Below are positions 44,146 through 55,907 of a stretch of DNA of 64,000 nucleotides, piece by piece. The stretch spans positions 378,696,001 through 378,760,000 of the forward strand of contig OZ024742.1 in NCBI GenBank assembly GCA_964016885.1, written 5' to 3'. Within the stretch, counting starts at the first letter, position 1, and each line of letters opens with the position of its first letter. A program made the translations under genes and the position numbers. The notes below the pieces were generated by a model, which saw only the letters and a program-made list of their open reading frames with translations, made no database searches and was not told the origin of the DNA. Source of the DNA: Eledone cirrhosa. Lineage: Eukaryota.

Positions 44146-44380
44146 GGGTATGTCAATATTTATTTATAAAACTGCTCTATATTATATTTTATCTGATGAA
44201 AGCACACCATAATTTAACTTGGTGTCCTTGAAATATGTATAATGAAATAAATATGGTTTTATAAATATAGTTTCCATTTGTCAATATCGTATTTTTACTC
44301 CAATTATTTGTTGAGTGCTTTATATCAGTTATAAAAATATTTGCTTGTTGTATCCCAACAATTTAAATAGAACTTTTGCA
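44146..44380 (+). mobile_element. Solo pLTR related to P1 with hammerhead motif at ~44188-44242
   Basis: Colinear with ~43058-43290; CUGAUGA AAGCACACCA-loop-UGGUGUCCUU GAAA UAUG UA. Confidence 0.78.
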
Positions 44381-44436
44381 TATTACACAAATTACACAAT
44401 ATTATTACACAAATATGACCCTCCCCAAGTATAACA

Positions 44437-44532
<96 letters not shown>

Positions 44533-44779
44533 TAAGTTCTAGTTACATTTATTTAGTTACCTACCTAGCTATGTGTGCTTTCACACTTGTAAAGATTATC
44601 CCCTGTGATTGTTTCATATGTTTATTTATATGTAAATCAATTTCTAGTTGTTATAAAATGCTCGGACCTATTCATTAGAATCTTAGAGCTTATTTTACGG
44701 GTGATATGGCGCATGCCTTTCTGGCATGACACCCATAATTTTGATTTAGATTAAATTCATTTTGATTTATCTTAATTTT

Positions 44780-44818
<39 letters not shown>

Positions 44819-45830
44819 AAATTTAAATTAAATTAAGGGTGTCATGTCAGAGCGACATGCGCCATATCCACTGGAGAATACGCTCCAAGATTCCAATGAA
44901 TAGATCCGAGCATTTTATATCAACTAGAAATTGATTTACATATATATATATATTTATATATCTAAAATAAACATATGAAACAATCACAGGGGATAATTTG
45001 TAAAAGTATGTAAGCACACACAGCTATGTGGGTAACTAATTAAAGTTTAACTAGAACTTCAAAATTAGATACCTTATAAATTGATTAATCTTCCTTGTAT
45101 ATATTTCATTAAAGAAATATATTTCACCAATTAATCGATTGGTAAACGATAGTACCCAAATCCTGGATTTTCAACTTAATTGTAGAAAGGACTTGACTGC
45201 TATTTCTAGTTGTCGATAACCCTATTCAGGCCACTGGGACGAAGCTGGCGCGACGTGTGTTTTTGTATTAAATGCAACACGTGCTAATAGTTAGTCACAG
45301 ATTTGAATTTGATGTGTAAACACAGATAGTTAAGCCTTCTTCCTTGTTGAAAATCCAGGATTTGCCTACTGTCGTTTACCAATCGATTAATTGGTGAAAT
45401 ATATTTCTTTAATGAAATATATACAAGGAAGGTTAATCAATTTATAAGGTATCTAATTTTGAAGTTCTAGTTAAACTTTAATTAGTTACCCACATAGCTG
45501 TGTGTACTTACACACTTTTACAGATTATTCCCTGTGATTGTCTCATATGTTTATTTTAGATATATATATATGTCAATCAATTTCTAGTTGATATAAAATG
45601 TTAGGATCTAATCATTGGAATCTTGGAGCATATTTTACAGTGGATATGGCGCATGTCGCTCTGACATTACACCCTTAATTTAATTGAAATTTTGGATATA
45701 TATAAATACGGCCCCTTAATTGTAGAGCTAACTCAGTTGAAAGGACTTGACTGCTATTTCTAGTTGTCGATAAGCCTATTCACGCCATATATATATTTTA
45801 GATAGATATATATGTCAATCAATTTCTAGT

Positions 45831-45832
<2 letters not shown>
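44533..45832. mobile_element. ~540-bp non-coding repeat family: diverged partial copy (44533-44783), inverted arm (44816-45175), direct unit from 45176 with partial tandem repeat; HHR-like motif at 45339-45431
   Basis: 44816-45175 mirrors 45346-45696; TTAATTGTAGA..AAAGGACTTGACTGC recurs at ~45176 and ~45717; (TA)n flanks. Confidence 0.78.
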
Positions 45833-45910
<78 letters not shown>

Positions 45911-45978
45911 AGGTCCCGGGTTGAGTCGGGGATAACCACAGTAAGTAAAGTACTCAATACATGGCAGAGTAAAATTTT

Positions 45979-46070
45979 TTTATTTTATAGAAGGAGCTTC
46001 TACAGGACTAGTACTGTTTCATCTAAATGAAACAGTACTAGTCCTGTAGAAGCTCCTTCTATAAAATAAA
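45979..46070. repeat. Perfect 44-bp-arm palindrome with 4-nt loop
   Basis: TTTATTTTATAGAAGGAGCTTCTACAGGACTAGTACTGTTTCAT-CTAA-reverse complement; each arm reads GAAA CAGUACUAG UC like an HHR 3' half. Confidence 0.9.
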
Positions 46071-46073
46071 TAA

Positions 46074-46142
<69 letters not shown>

Positions 46143-46150
<8 letters not shown>

Positions 46151-47232
46151 ATGCTTTGGGAGGGTCATGTTGCCAATAAGAAACACACGCACCAGTTGCT
46201 TTCACTCCAATTTATTATAAATTAAATTTATAAATTTAAGAATTTATAAATTTTCGGTTGGTTGGTTGGTTCCACAACCAGACGACTGTATATATATTGT
46301 CAAAGTTCTTTTGTCACACATTCTGTGACCTCTTCAGTGACTGGGGATTCTTTTCTTTTCTTATTAGCAATACATACCCTTTTCAAAGACCTCCCTGTAT
46401 AGATAAGAAATGTATAATCTGTAAACTAAGCCCCCATATTAACTGTAAAACTAGAAATGTAGTATATAGCATAATATGTACTGAAGGACAATGTAGAGAC
46501 AAAAATATAGTGTACATAGTTGAGACAGCTCGTAGTATAGGAGAACGGATAAATGAACACTGGCGAGAGCTTCAAGATAGTAAAGAATCATCTGTACTCC
46601 ACCAACATGCTAAAATAGAACATAAGGGTAAATTAGAGAAGATAGAAATAAAAATAGAATCTACACACAGAAAAGACGCAATGTTTAGACAAATCAAAGA
46701 GGCAATAAACATAAATGAACTCCAACCAAAATTAAATAGAAAATATGAGTGGAACAGCAACATCATAACTTATATTTAAGGACAAAATGAAAACACACAC
46801 AGATAGAACAAACAACCAACCAGTAACATGTAAATAAACAAATAAATAAACAAATATAAACACACACAGACACCCGGATGTAACACATGCGCAAACTAAG
46901 CACACAACACACACAAAAACAAGATGGCGTAGGACAGAACAAAGAAGAGGCACAAAAACAAAGAAAAGAATCCCAGTCACTAAAGAGGTCACAGAATGTG
47001 TGACGAAAGAACTTTAACAATATATGAACAATCGTCTGGTTGTGGAACCAACTAACCAACCGGAAATTTCTAAATTCCTAAATTTATAAATTTAATTTAT
47101 AATGAATTGGAGTGAACGCAACTGGTGCGTGTGTTTCTTATTGGCAACATGACCCTCCCAAAGCATAACAATATCGGTTTCAACACACGTTTTCATATAA
47201 AGAATCTTGCTAAACAAATTCAGAAACGAAAT
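46143..47232 (+). mobile_element. 5'-truncated Penelope-like element P2 (endonuclease remnant only; possibly Naiad-type)
   Basis: Inverted pLTR ~46143-46358 mirrors ~46961-47175; GIY-YIG coding remnant between; HHR motif in both pLTR copies; TA flanks. Confidence 0.87.
46361..46779 (+). pseudogene. PLE GIY-YIG endonuclease domain fragment
   Basis: CIDKKCIIC linker, NVVYSIIC...YIVETAR (G of YIG replaced by V), ERINEH, HQHAKIEH, RQIKEA, LNRKYEW. The annotated N-terminus (46258-46360) is read from inverted pLTR. Confidence 0.88.
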
Positions 47233-47309
47233 ATATATATATATGTAAGAATATTTTCGAAACAGCGAGTTGGTTTGATGTGTTGGTGTAAATGGTAGCA
47301 CAATTGGGT

Positions 47310-47381
47310 GATGTGTTGGTGTAAATGGTATCACAGTGGTCCGGATAACCAAAGATGTGGGTTCGACTCCCATGTACGTCA
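47310..47381 (+). pseudogene. tRNA-like cloverleaf (pseudo-tRNA or SINE head)
   Basis: GATGTGT/GTACGTC acceptor, GTG-TAAATGGTAT-CAC D arm, TGGT-CCGGATA-ACCA arm, GTGGG-TTCGACT-CCCAT T arm, T-run at ~47391. U33 is absent and the acceptor has many wobbles. Confidence 0.65.
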
Positions 47382-47485
47382 ATACTCATCTTTTTTCCAT
47401 TTCTCCGAGGGTTCGTAACCCCACTATCAGGCTAAATAATTTCTTTAATTTCTTTAGTCAAAATACGGCGATAGCTTACATTTCT

Positions 47486-47550
<65 letters not shown>

Positions 47551-48009
47551 TAAACGGAATAGAACATGCTGACAAATTGTTCACAGATGAAAAATGGTTT
47601 AATTAGGAATAAAAGAGTATTAATGATTGTATGGGTTAGTATTCAGTTGTGGTTTTAAGTTTTTAAGTTTTTACCGGTTGCGCATTTCTAAATGCTTTTC
47701 AAAAATAATGTTGAGATAGAGTGTCCGTGCTGTTTGCTCTGATCTGATTAGTTTTGGGAATTCTACCTGTTTTTATGTTAAAAAAGTGGCTCCAATTTGA
47801 AAAAATTCTTGTGGTCAAAACAATTTTGATTGGTCGGTAGACGTCATGTGAATGTAAAAAATTGATTTTGCGCCAAGACTGTTTTTATGTTAAAAAAGTG
47901 GCTCCAGCAAAAATTCTTGTGGTCAAAACAATTTTGATTGGTCGGTAGAGGTCATGTGAATAAAAAATTAGTTTCGCGCCAAGATTGAGAAATGACTCTT
48001 TCACAACAA

Positions 48010-48069
<60 letters not shown>

Positions 48070-48146
48070 GCGTGTGTGTGTAGTAGTAGTAAGGTGTTCG
48101 ATGTGATAATGGTTAGCAGCGATGTGTGTCAAATGGCTATTAAGAT

Positions 48147-48185
<39 letters not shown>

Positions 48186-48282
48186 GCAGAGTAATTCGTG
48201 GTGGCAGGGATGGTCAGTAAGAATGTGTCTGAAAGCAATGGTGGGTATTTTAGCATGGAGGGTGTTTCCAAATTTGTTTAGG

Positions 48283-48342
48283 ACTTTAGTGTAACAAACT
48301 TTAGTGTAACAAACTTTAGTGTAACAAACTTTAGTGTAACAA
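48283..48342 (+). repeat. 4 x 15-bp tandem ACTTTAGTGTAACAA at the P3 inversion junction
   Basis: Four exact units directly after an inverted piece of the RT ORF. Confidence 0.95.
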
Positions 48343-48361
48343 ACCCTGCAGGCAGAAATCT

Positions 48362-49562
48362 GGGACCGCTATGGGAACGAAAACAGCCCGCACTTATGCC
48401 AACCTAGTCGTGGGATACCTGGAAATCACCCTCTACACTAAAGTCCTAAACAAATTTGGAAACACCCTCCACTTACACATTGAAAGGAACTGGAAGCGAT
48501 ATCTAGATGACTGCTTCATCCTTTGGCACGAAAACATCGAAAAACTTAAAGAATTTCACACCCTTATAAATGGGTTCAACACAAATATTAACTTCACGAT
48601 GGAATACAGCCATCAACAACTCCCCTTCCTCGACATCCTCATTAAGATCCATAACAAAAAAATAGAAACAGACATATACTACAAGCCCACAGACTCCAAG
48701 CAATATCTCCCCTTCAACTCTTGCCACCCTAGACACGTTAAAATTAATATTCCCTACAACTTAGCCAAGAGAATCTGTACTATAGTCTCCAATAAAAACA
48801 TCTGCTACTTACGGCTACAAGAACTAAAGGACACACTCATAGGCAGGGACTACCCTGCATCACTAATTGACAATGGAATCCAACGTGCCCTAAAACTCAG
48901 TAACCAGGACCTTAGACACCCTAAAGTAAATCAACCGAAACTAAAAGCTCTTCCATACATCTCCACACACAACCCCCTCAACAATGAGGCCTTTGACACC
49001 ATCCTCCAGAACATCCCTGTATTGAAAAAGGACCATAGAATGAACCAAATTCTACGAACACACGATATCATAAAGAGCAAAAGACAATCCAAGTCAATGA
49101 AAAACATCTTAACACATGCCAAAGTACTGCTAACCACAACAACGAAACCCACAGTAAAAAAAATGCGATAGACCCAACTGTGGCATTTGCATCAACCTAA
49201 TAGAGGGTTCGGAATTCTATTTCAAAGATGGACAACGTTTTATAGTAAAACACAATTTCACATGTGCATCGGAAAATCTAATATATGTATTAACTTGTTC
49301 AGGTTGTCGAGAACAATATGTAGGCCAGACCAAAAACAGCCTCCGCCAACGCATGACTGTCCATAGATCCCAAATCAAAATACGGGAATACAGGAAAATA
49401 CCACTGAGTGAACACATTGATATCTGTGCCACCCAAAATCGTCCCAACTTCAGAATCTTTCCCCTCTACAAATTTAAAGATAATGCCACCCACACCCAGC
49501 GCATCAGCAAGGAATCTTACTTCATTAACAAATACGGACCCCGTCTAAACACTTCTCCCTAA
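48362..49562 (+). pseudogene. PLE reverse transcriptase (partial) + Cys linker + GIY-YIG endonuclease; frameshift in the A8 run at 49156-49163
   Basis: GTAMGTKTARTYANL, WKRYLDDCF, LPFLDILI, YYKPTD, SCHP; after removing one A: KKCDRPNCGIC...FTC...NLIYVLTCSGCREQYVGQT...RMTVH...EH...KESYFI...LN. Confidence 0.92.
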
Positions 49563-49701
49563 GACGAACCCACAACATACACACGTCAACATACATACCT
49601 ACATCAGCACACATCTCTACCCACATATAAACACAATGACATCGTAAACACACATGCTCTATGGTGCAACACAAAAAAATATATGTGCATATATATATGT
49701 A

Positions 49702-49732
<31 letters not shown>

Positions 49733-49739
<7 letters not shown>

Positions 49740-51247
49740 TTAGAAACACACAGATACATGCGGACACACACACATACACATGAATGCATCCGCACCCAAC
49801 TGTGAGTTAAGGGTGCCAACTTCACCGATGTTGCTCAATGAATGACTGGGACAGACCAATTCATTTGAACCAGACTGAACCAGTATCAGAGTTAAAAATA
49901 CATTATGAAGAGAGAAGAAACATTTAGATATAATTAGTAATAAAATGTATCATACCTAAACTGCTCCTAAATTCCTCGACTACGTAGTTTCGTGGCATAA
50001 ACAAAAACAATATATCATAAAGATATAGAGTCCTTGCGAGGTCTGCCGACTTATCAAGAGGATACCTCATTTTACTAGTCTCAAGAACGCGTCTACACGA
50101 CGTGAGAAAGAATCCCAAAAGGCGGAGGGGGAGATAGTCACGCGATATAACGGTCGAGAAACAGAGCTAAGCCTCTTGTAACCCCGGTGTGTCCGCATGT
50201 ATCTGTGTGTTTCTAAATATATTGTTAATAACTCCCTCTGGTCGAGCAATCTTTGAAGTGTGGGGACAGCTGGAAAGCTTCCATTACTCATACTTCTCGC
50301 CTTCTTCACCACCTCTTCTACGGCCTCGATATAAATACCCCCTCCGCCTCTGTGCTATTTTCATCGGGGTTATAAGAGGCTTAGCTCTGTTTCTCGACCG
50401 TTATATCGCGTGACTATCTCCCCCTCCGCCTTTTGGGATTCTTTCTCACGTCGTGTAGACGCGTTCTTGAGACTAGTAAAATGAGGTATCCTCTTGATAA
50501 GTCGGCAGACCTCGCAAGGACTCTATATCTTTATGATATATTGTTTTTGTTTATGCCACGAAACTACGTAGTCGAGGAATTTAGGAGCAGTTTAGGTATG
50601 ATACATTTTATTACTAATTATATCTAAATGTTTCTTCTCTCTTCATAATGTATTTTTAACTCTGATACTGGTTCAGTCTGGTTCAAATGAATTGGTCTGT
50701 CCCAGTCATTCATTGAGCAACATCGGTGAAGTTGGCACCCTTAACTCACAGTTGGGTGCGGATGCATTCATGTATATGTGTGTGTGTCCGCATGTATCTG
50801 TGTGTTTCTAAATATATTGTTAATAACTCCCTCTGGTCGAGCAATCTTTGAAGTGTGGGGACAGCTGGAAAGCTTCCATTACTCATACTTCTCGCCTTCT
50901 TCACCACCTCTTCTACGGCCTCGATATAAATACCCCCTCCGCCTCCGTGGTATTTTCTTCGGGGTTATAAGAGGCTTAGCTCTGTTTCTCGACCGTTATA
51001 TCGCGTGACTATCTCCCCCTCCGCCTTTTGGGATTCTTTCTCACGTCGTGTAGACGCGTTCTTGAGACTAGTAAAATGAGGTATCCTCTTGATAAGTCGG
51101 CAGACCTCGCAAGGACTCTATATCTTTATGATATATTGTTTTTGTTTATGCCACGAAACTACGTAGTCGAGGAATTTAGGAGCAGTTTAGGTATGATACA
51201 TTTTATTACTAATTATATCTAAATGTTTCTTCTCTCTTCATAATGTA
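49733..51247. mobile_element. Non-autonomous retrozyme/pLTR-like insertion: 595-bp unit, inverted partial copy plus ~1.8 direct copies, 3 HHR motifs
   Basis: Period 595 (50433 to 51028); orientation flips at 50186/50187; TA tracts on both sides. Confidence 0.87.
50489..50578 (+). ncRNA. Type I hammerhead, U3-A8 variant with 59-nt stem II domain (copies 51084-51173 +, 49973-50062 -)
   Basis: UCCUC UUGAUAA GUcGGCA...UGCCAC GAAA CUACGUAG UC GAGGA; stem III is the palindrome ACUACGUAGU. Confidence 0.8.
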
Positions 51248-51626
51248 TATATATATATATATATAGTGAATATATGTGTGTGTATATATAAATAGTGAAT
51301 ATCATTTCACACCTTTTTTTGTTAAGATTTTTGATGTTCTATTAAGAGAACCGATTTTACTGAAAAAATCGAATAATGTACACCATTTTACCAGGGGGGA
51401 AAAAATACTGGTCCACCCACACACACACACACACACATATATATACACACACACATACACACGCGTACATCAACATACAAAGAGACTTATATATACACAC
51501 ACACACACACACACGCACTTCTCGGTATAAGACAAAAGCTAAAAATATCTTTTGACATGCTAAAATACCCCCCATTGCTTTCAGACACATTCTTACTGAC
51601 CATCCCTGCCACTACGAATTCTCTGC

Positions 51627-51665
<39 letters not shown>

Positions 51666-51750
51666 ACACACACACACACTTATCTTAATAGCCATAAAAC
51701 ACACATCGCTGCTAACCATTATCACAACATCGAACACCTTACTACTACTA

Positions 51751-51828
<78 letters not shown>

Positions 51829-52020
51829 TTGTTGTGAAAGAGTCATTTCTCAATCTTGGCGCAAAACCAATTTTTTATTCACATGAACTCTACCGACCAA
51901 TCAAAATTGTTTTGACCACAAGAATTTTTGCTGGAGCCACTTTTTTAACATAAAAACAGGTAGAATTTCCAAAACTAATCAGATCAGAGCAAACAGCACG
52001 GATACTCTAACTCAAAATTA

Positions 52021-52057
52021 TTTTTGAAAAGCATTTAGAAATGCGCAACCGGTAAAA
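52021..52057 (+). ncRNA. Variant minimal hammerhead-like motif in the P3 pLTR (inverted copy ~47669-47705)
   Basis: UUU UUGAAAA GCAUUU-ag-AAAUGC GCAA CCGG UA AAA; GCAA replaces GAAA in both copies. Confidence 0.55.
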
Positions 52058-52221
52058 ACTTAAAAACTTAAAACCACAACTGAATACTAACCCATACAAT
52101 CACTAATACTCTTTTATTCCTAATTAAACCATTTTTCAACTGTGAACAATTTGTCAGCATTTTCTATTCCGTTTACCAATATATAATAACTTGTGTGTTA
52201 CACCTCTATTCTTTTAACTAT

Positions 52222-52278
<57 letters not shown>

Positions 52279-52940
52279 CATTTCAGGTTATCAATAATGT
52301 AGTGATACTATATCGTCACGTTAGAGATGAACAGCATCCGTGTAGGTTTGCTCAACGAGTATAAATTATATTCCGGAGAAAATGTAGAAAAGATGAATAT
52401 AAAATGAAAGTGCTTTTATAAAGGAATTTATTAGGTATTGACATATGTTTCTGTAACAGATGGAATACCTATGTATCGCTGCTTGCGTAATCATATAATG
52501 TTAGCAAGTATTCGATAGCAAATGTATAATCAGTTGTCACTTCTTCAGAGATATTGGATAAATTGGAAAATATCAGAAAAATTGAAGTATTTATATTAGT
52601 TGTAAGAAAGGAAGAAGAGAGGGGATAGTATATGACAGATGGCAATCCAATTTACTGGTAAACAAGTATATAAAAGTTTCTAATGAGAATACAATCAGTA
52701 TATGGTTTATTTTATCTAAATAAGAATTTTGGGGAGTGCCTATTTTAATCTATACTTGACCAATTGAACAATGGACAGGACTGGTCGTTTGGTGTAGTAG
52801 TATTAATAGATATAGTGTCAATTAAGGAAGAGGGAGATTTTCACTGCTACTGAATAACAACAATGCTGGTAGCCTGCTGGTATATGCATTAGGGAATTGA
52901 ATTAAGAAATCTCATTTTATCTATAGAGAAAATGAGATTT

Positions 52941-52997
<57 letters not shown>

Positions 52998-53085
52998 TCT
53001 AATATATATATATATATATATGTAATAAAATGGGGAGAAAAATACTGCTCGTAGCACATGGATAACATGTAATAAAATAAGTCCC

Positions 53086-53176
53086 TCATCAGTGATTTGC
53101 CGACGATCATAGATATTTCATTGCATTAAAAATCATATACCTCACGTCGGTGCAATAATAACTAAATTAAGTTATT
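53086..53176. ncRNA. Unidentified structured RNA motif (double pseudoknot), copy B
   Basis: Covaries with 38845-38936; an extra closing helix GTCC (53081) / GGAC (53178) is possible. Confidence 0.65.
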
Positions 53177-53480
53177 AGGACAATTAAAACGCGTAAAGCG
53201 AGTGAGACAAGAAAACAACAAAGAGTAGAGCTAACCGTAGAAGGAAGGAGACAAGCTTCATAGTTATTCTGTTAGCATAAGCTAGGTGAATATATGAGCG
53301 CTTATGTATATATATATATCCCGTCTTCCTCGGAAACAATCGTATTACCCGAAACCTTTCTTTCTATCGATTTCACTGGATTATACGCTATCAGATTACA
53401 TTGAGTTCTATCAACGGTATGGACCTTACCACGAAGGGTATACCACATTGAAATATATATATATATATATACATATATAT

Positions 53481-53633
53481 ATTTCGTTTCTGAATTTGTT
53501 TAGCAAGATTCTTTATCTGAAAACGTGTGTTGAAACCGATATTGTTATACTTTGGGAGGGTCATGTTGCCAATAAGAAACACACGCACCGCGTGTGATTC
53601 TTATTGGCAACATGACCCTCGCAAAGTATAACA

Positions 53634-53637
<4 letters not shown>
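53481..53637. mobile_element. Mini foldback of the P2-type pLTR 3' end
   Basis: Reverse complement of ~47123-47232 followed by a mirror arm, turning at CACACG-CACCG-CGTGTG; lies in (TA)n. Confidence 0.8.
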
Positions 53638-53731
<94 letters not shown>

Positions 53732-53922
53732 TGTTATACTTGGGGAGGGTCATATTGTTGTAATAATATTGCCAGAATTAATAACAGAACACACTCACTG
53801 TTTGGTTGGTTTTCGCTTCTGTGTATAGTAATAATATAGTAATAATAATAAATGTGAAGACTAAAATCAGAAGAGGGTTCGATAAGGATAATATATATAT
53901 AAAAATATATAAAACCATAGAG

Positions 53923-54029
<107 letters not shown>

Positions 54030-54274
54030 GTACGTTACATACATGTGTGTCTGAGGCGCTTATATATCGACTAAGGATATTCAAAACCCGACGAGAAAAG
54101 CAAATAATTGATGTTTTGGGAATAAAATCTCTTGAGTTACACCGAGGTACAAATGCTTCCGTTTCAGTCTCCCGTCAAATGTACAGTGTGCCAATGAATG
54201 ATACTAAGAAAATCTCTAACTACCGACGCTAAAGTTCACAAGTTGTAATATAGTGTTGGTATTTAGTTTAATAA

Positions 54275-54460
54275 TTGTTTCTACATTTGGCACAAGGCCA
54301 GCAATTATCCCAGTACATTACTGGTACTTTATTTTATCGACCCCGTAAGGATAAAAGGCAAAGTTAACCTCGGCAGGATTTGAACTCAGATCATAAAGGG
54401 AGTTAACTCTATGCTTCAAAGCATGGCGTCCGACTCTCTACCGATACTGCCAATCCACCG
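54275..54460 (-). mobile_element. tRNA-derived SINE (related fragments at ~43618-43666 and ~57716-57795)
   Basis: Minus strand has an A-box-like TGGCAGTATCGG and B-box GAGTTCAAATCC, then a body GGGGTCGATAAAATAAAGTACCAGT resembling octopus SINEs as I recall them. Confidence 0.75.
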
Positions 54461-55288
54461 AATGCTATATTTTTAACGGTAAATTATTTCTGTCCTGGTA
54501 ACAAAAGAAACTGAAAATATCACCTTCATACTCCATTTTCTCCTATTTATTTCGGAGATATTTTATCAGCAATTTATTATTTTCATTGGGTTGGACATAA
54601 AAGAATGAGGACCTAATGGTTTTTTTAAAGTAAGAGATTTTCATTTGCCGTGGAGCTGATCATATTCCGTAGGTTGTAATTAAATATTGAGAGAGAGAGA
54701 GGGTGAGAATGAGAGAGAGGGGGAGAGAGAGGGACTGAGAAAAGAGACAGAGATAGATATTGACTGGGTTAGAGAGAGAGAGAGATAGAAAGAGAGAGAG
54801 AGAAATAGAGTGAGAGAGAGAGAGAGAAATAGAGTGAGAGAGGGAGAGAGAGAGAAAGAAAGAGAGAGGATAGAGAGAGAGTTAGAAAGCGAGATTTAGA
54901 GAGAGAGGGAGAGTGAGAGAGAGAGAGGGGTTTAAAGAGAGAGAGAGAATATAAAGTAATATTTCAAATCTGTTCCATTGTTGTAGAGATTTAATTGAAA
55001 TAAATTAAACAAGTAAAATAATAAAACATACTCACGTGAATATAGTTATATGTGTGTATATGTGTGTGGCGTATAAGTGTGTGTATATGTATATTTATAC
55101 AAATACACATATATATATATGTGTGTGTGTGTGTGTGTATATGTGTATGTATATATATATATGATATATATAGATATATATGTATGTATATATATATATA
55201 TATATATACATATATACATATATATATACATACACACACATGCACACACACACATATATATATATGTGTGTGTGTATGTATATGTACA

Positions 55289-55315
<27 letters not shown>

Positions 55316-55320
<5 letters not shown>

Positions 55321-55370
55321 AGTATGTATGTATACGTACATACATATATGTATACAGACGTACAGTAGCA

Positions 55371-55412
<42 letters not shown>

Positions 55413-55865
55413 TATACACATATGCATACAGGTACACATACATATATGCACGCATCAGTTTAGCCTACGTTTATTATAACGCCGGCCGCTTTGTTCGTTT
55501 GTTTGTCAACAAAGCGAACAGCCTGAATTTATGCCATACGGTGTTAAGGCAACCACGTCACCTTTTTGTTCAACACTGACACAGGAACGATGTACTAGTT
55601 TCAAGCTTGTTAGCTATCATCAGCACCGTTTACCCATCTGCCAGATAGTTGAACGTTCGAAAGTATATACTTTCCTTATGAAAATTAACGGCTGAGCAGC
55701 CTAATTTGCATATTGAGTGAGTTAAATCGGTCAGGCATACCGAAAACGATTAGTTGAAAAAAAATGAAAACGAAATTTCATTTCTCACTCTTAGTATGGC
55801 ACTTACTTAAATGTAAGTATGTATGTATACGTACATACATATATGTATACAGACGTACAGTAGCA

Positions 55866-55907
<42 letters not shown>

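Larger units (their letters stand above)
47546..52220 (+). mobile_element. 5'-truncated Penelope-like element P3 (probably Neptune-type) with a nested insertion
   Basis: 47546-48257 mirrors 51556-52180; RT + GIY-YIG remnant inside; 595-bp-family insertion in a TA tract of the 3' region. Confidence 0.87.

Noticed and set aside
44816-52180. Large inverted repeats interpreted as DNA-transposon TIRs
   Set aside because: The arms have unequal ends, contain HHR motifs and enclose PLE RT/EN rather than a transposase; this fits PLE inverted pLTRs.
53360-53397. Minus-strand CUGAUAG...GAAA UCGA UA hammerhead-like words
   Set aside because: Stems I and II do not pair; at most a remnant 3' half.
53513-53545. 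CTGAAAA CGTGTGTT GAAA CCGA TA as a hammerhead
   Set aside because: C3-A8 mismatch or truncated core, no convincing stem I, and antisense to the P2 element.
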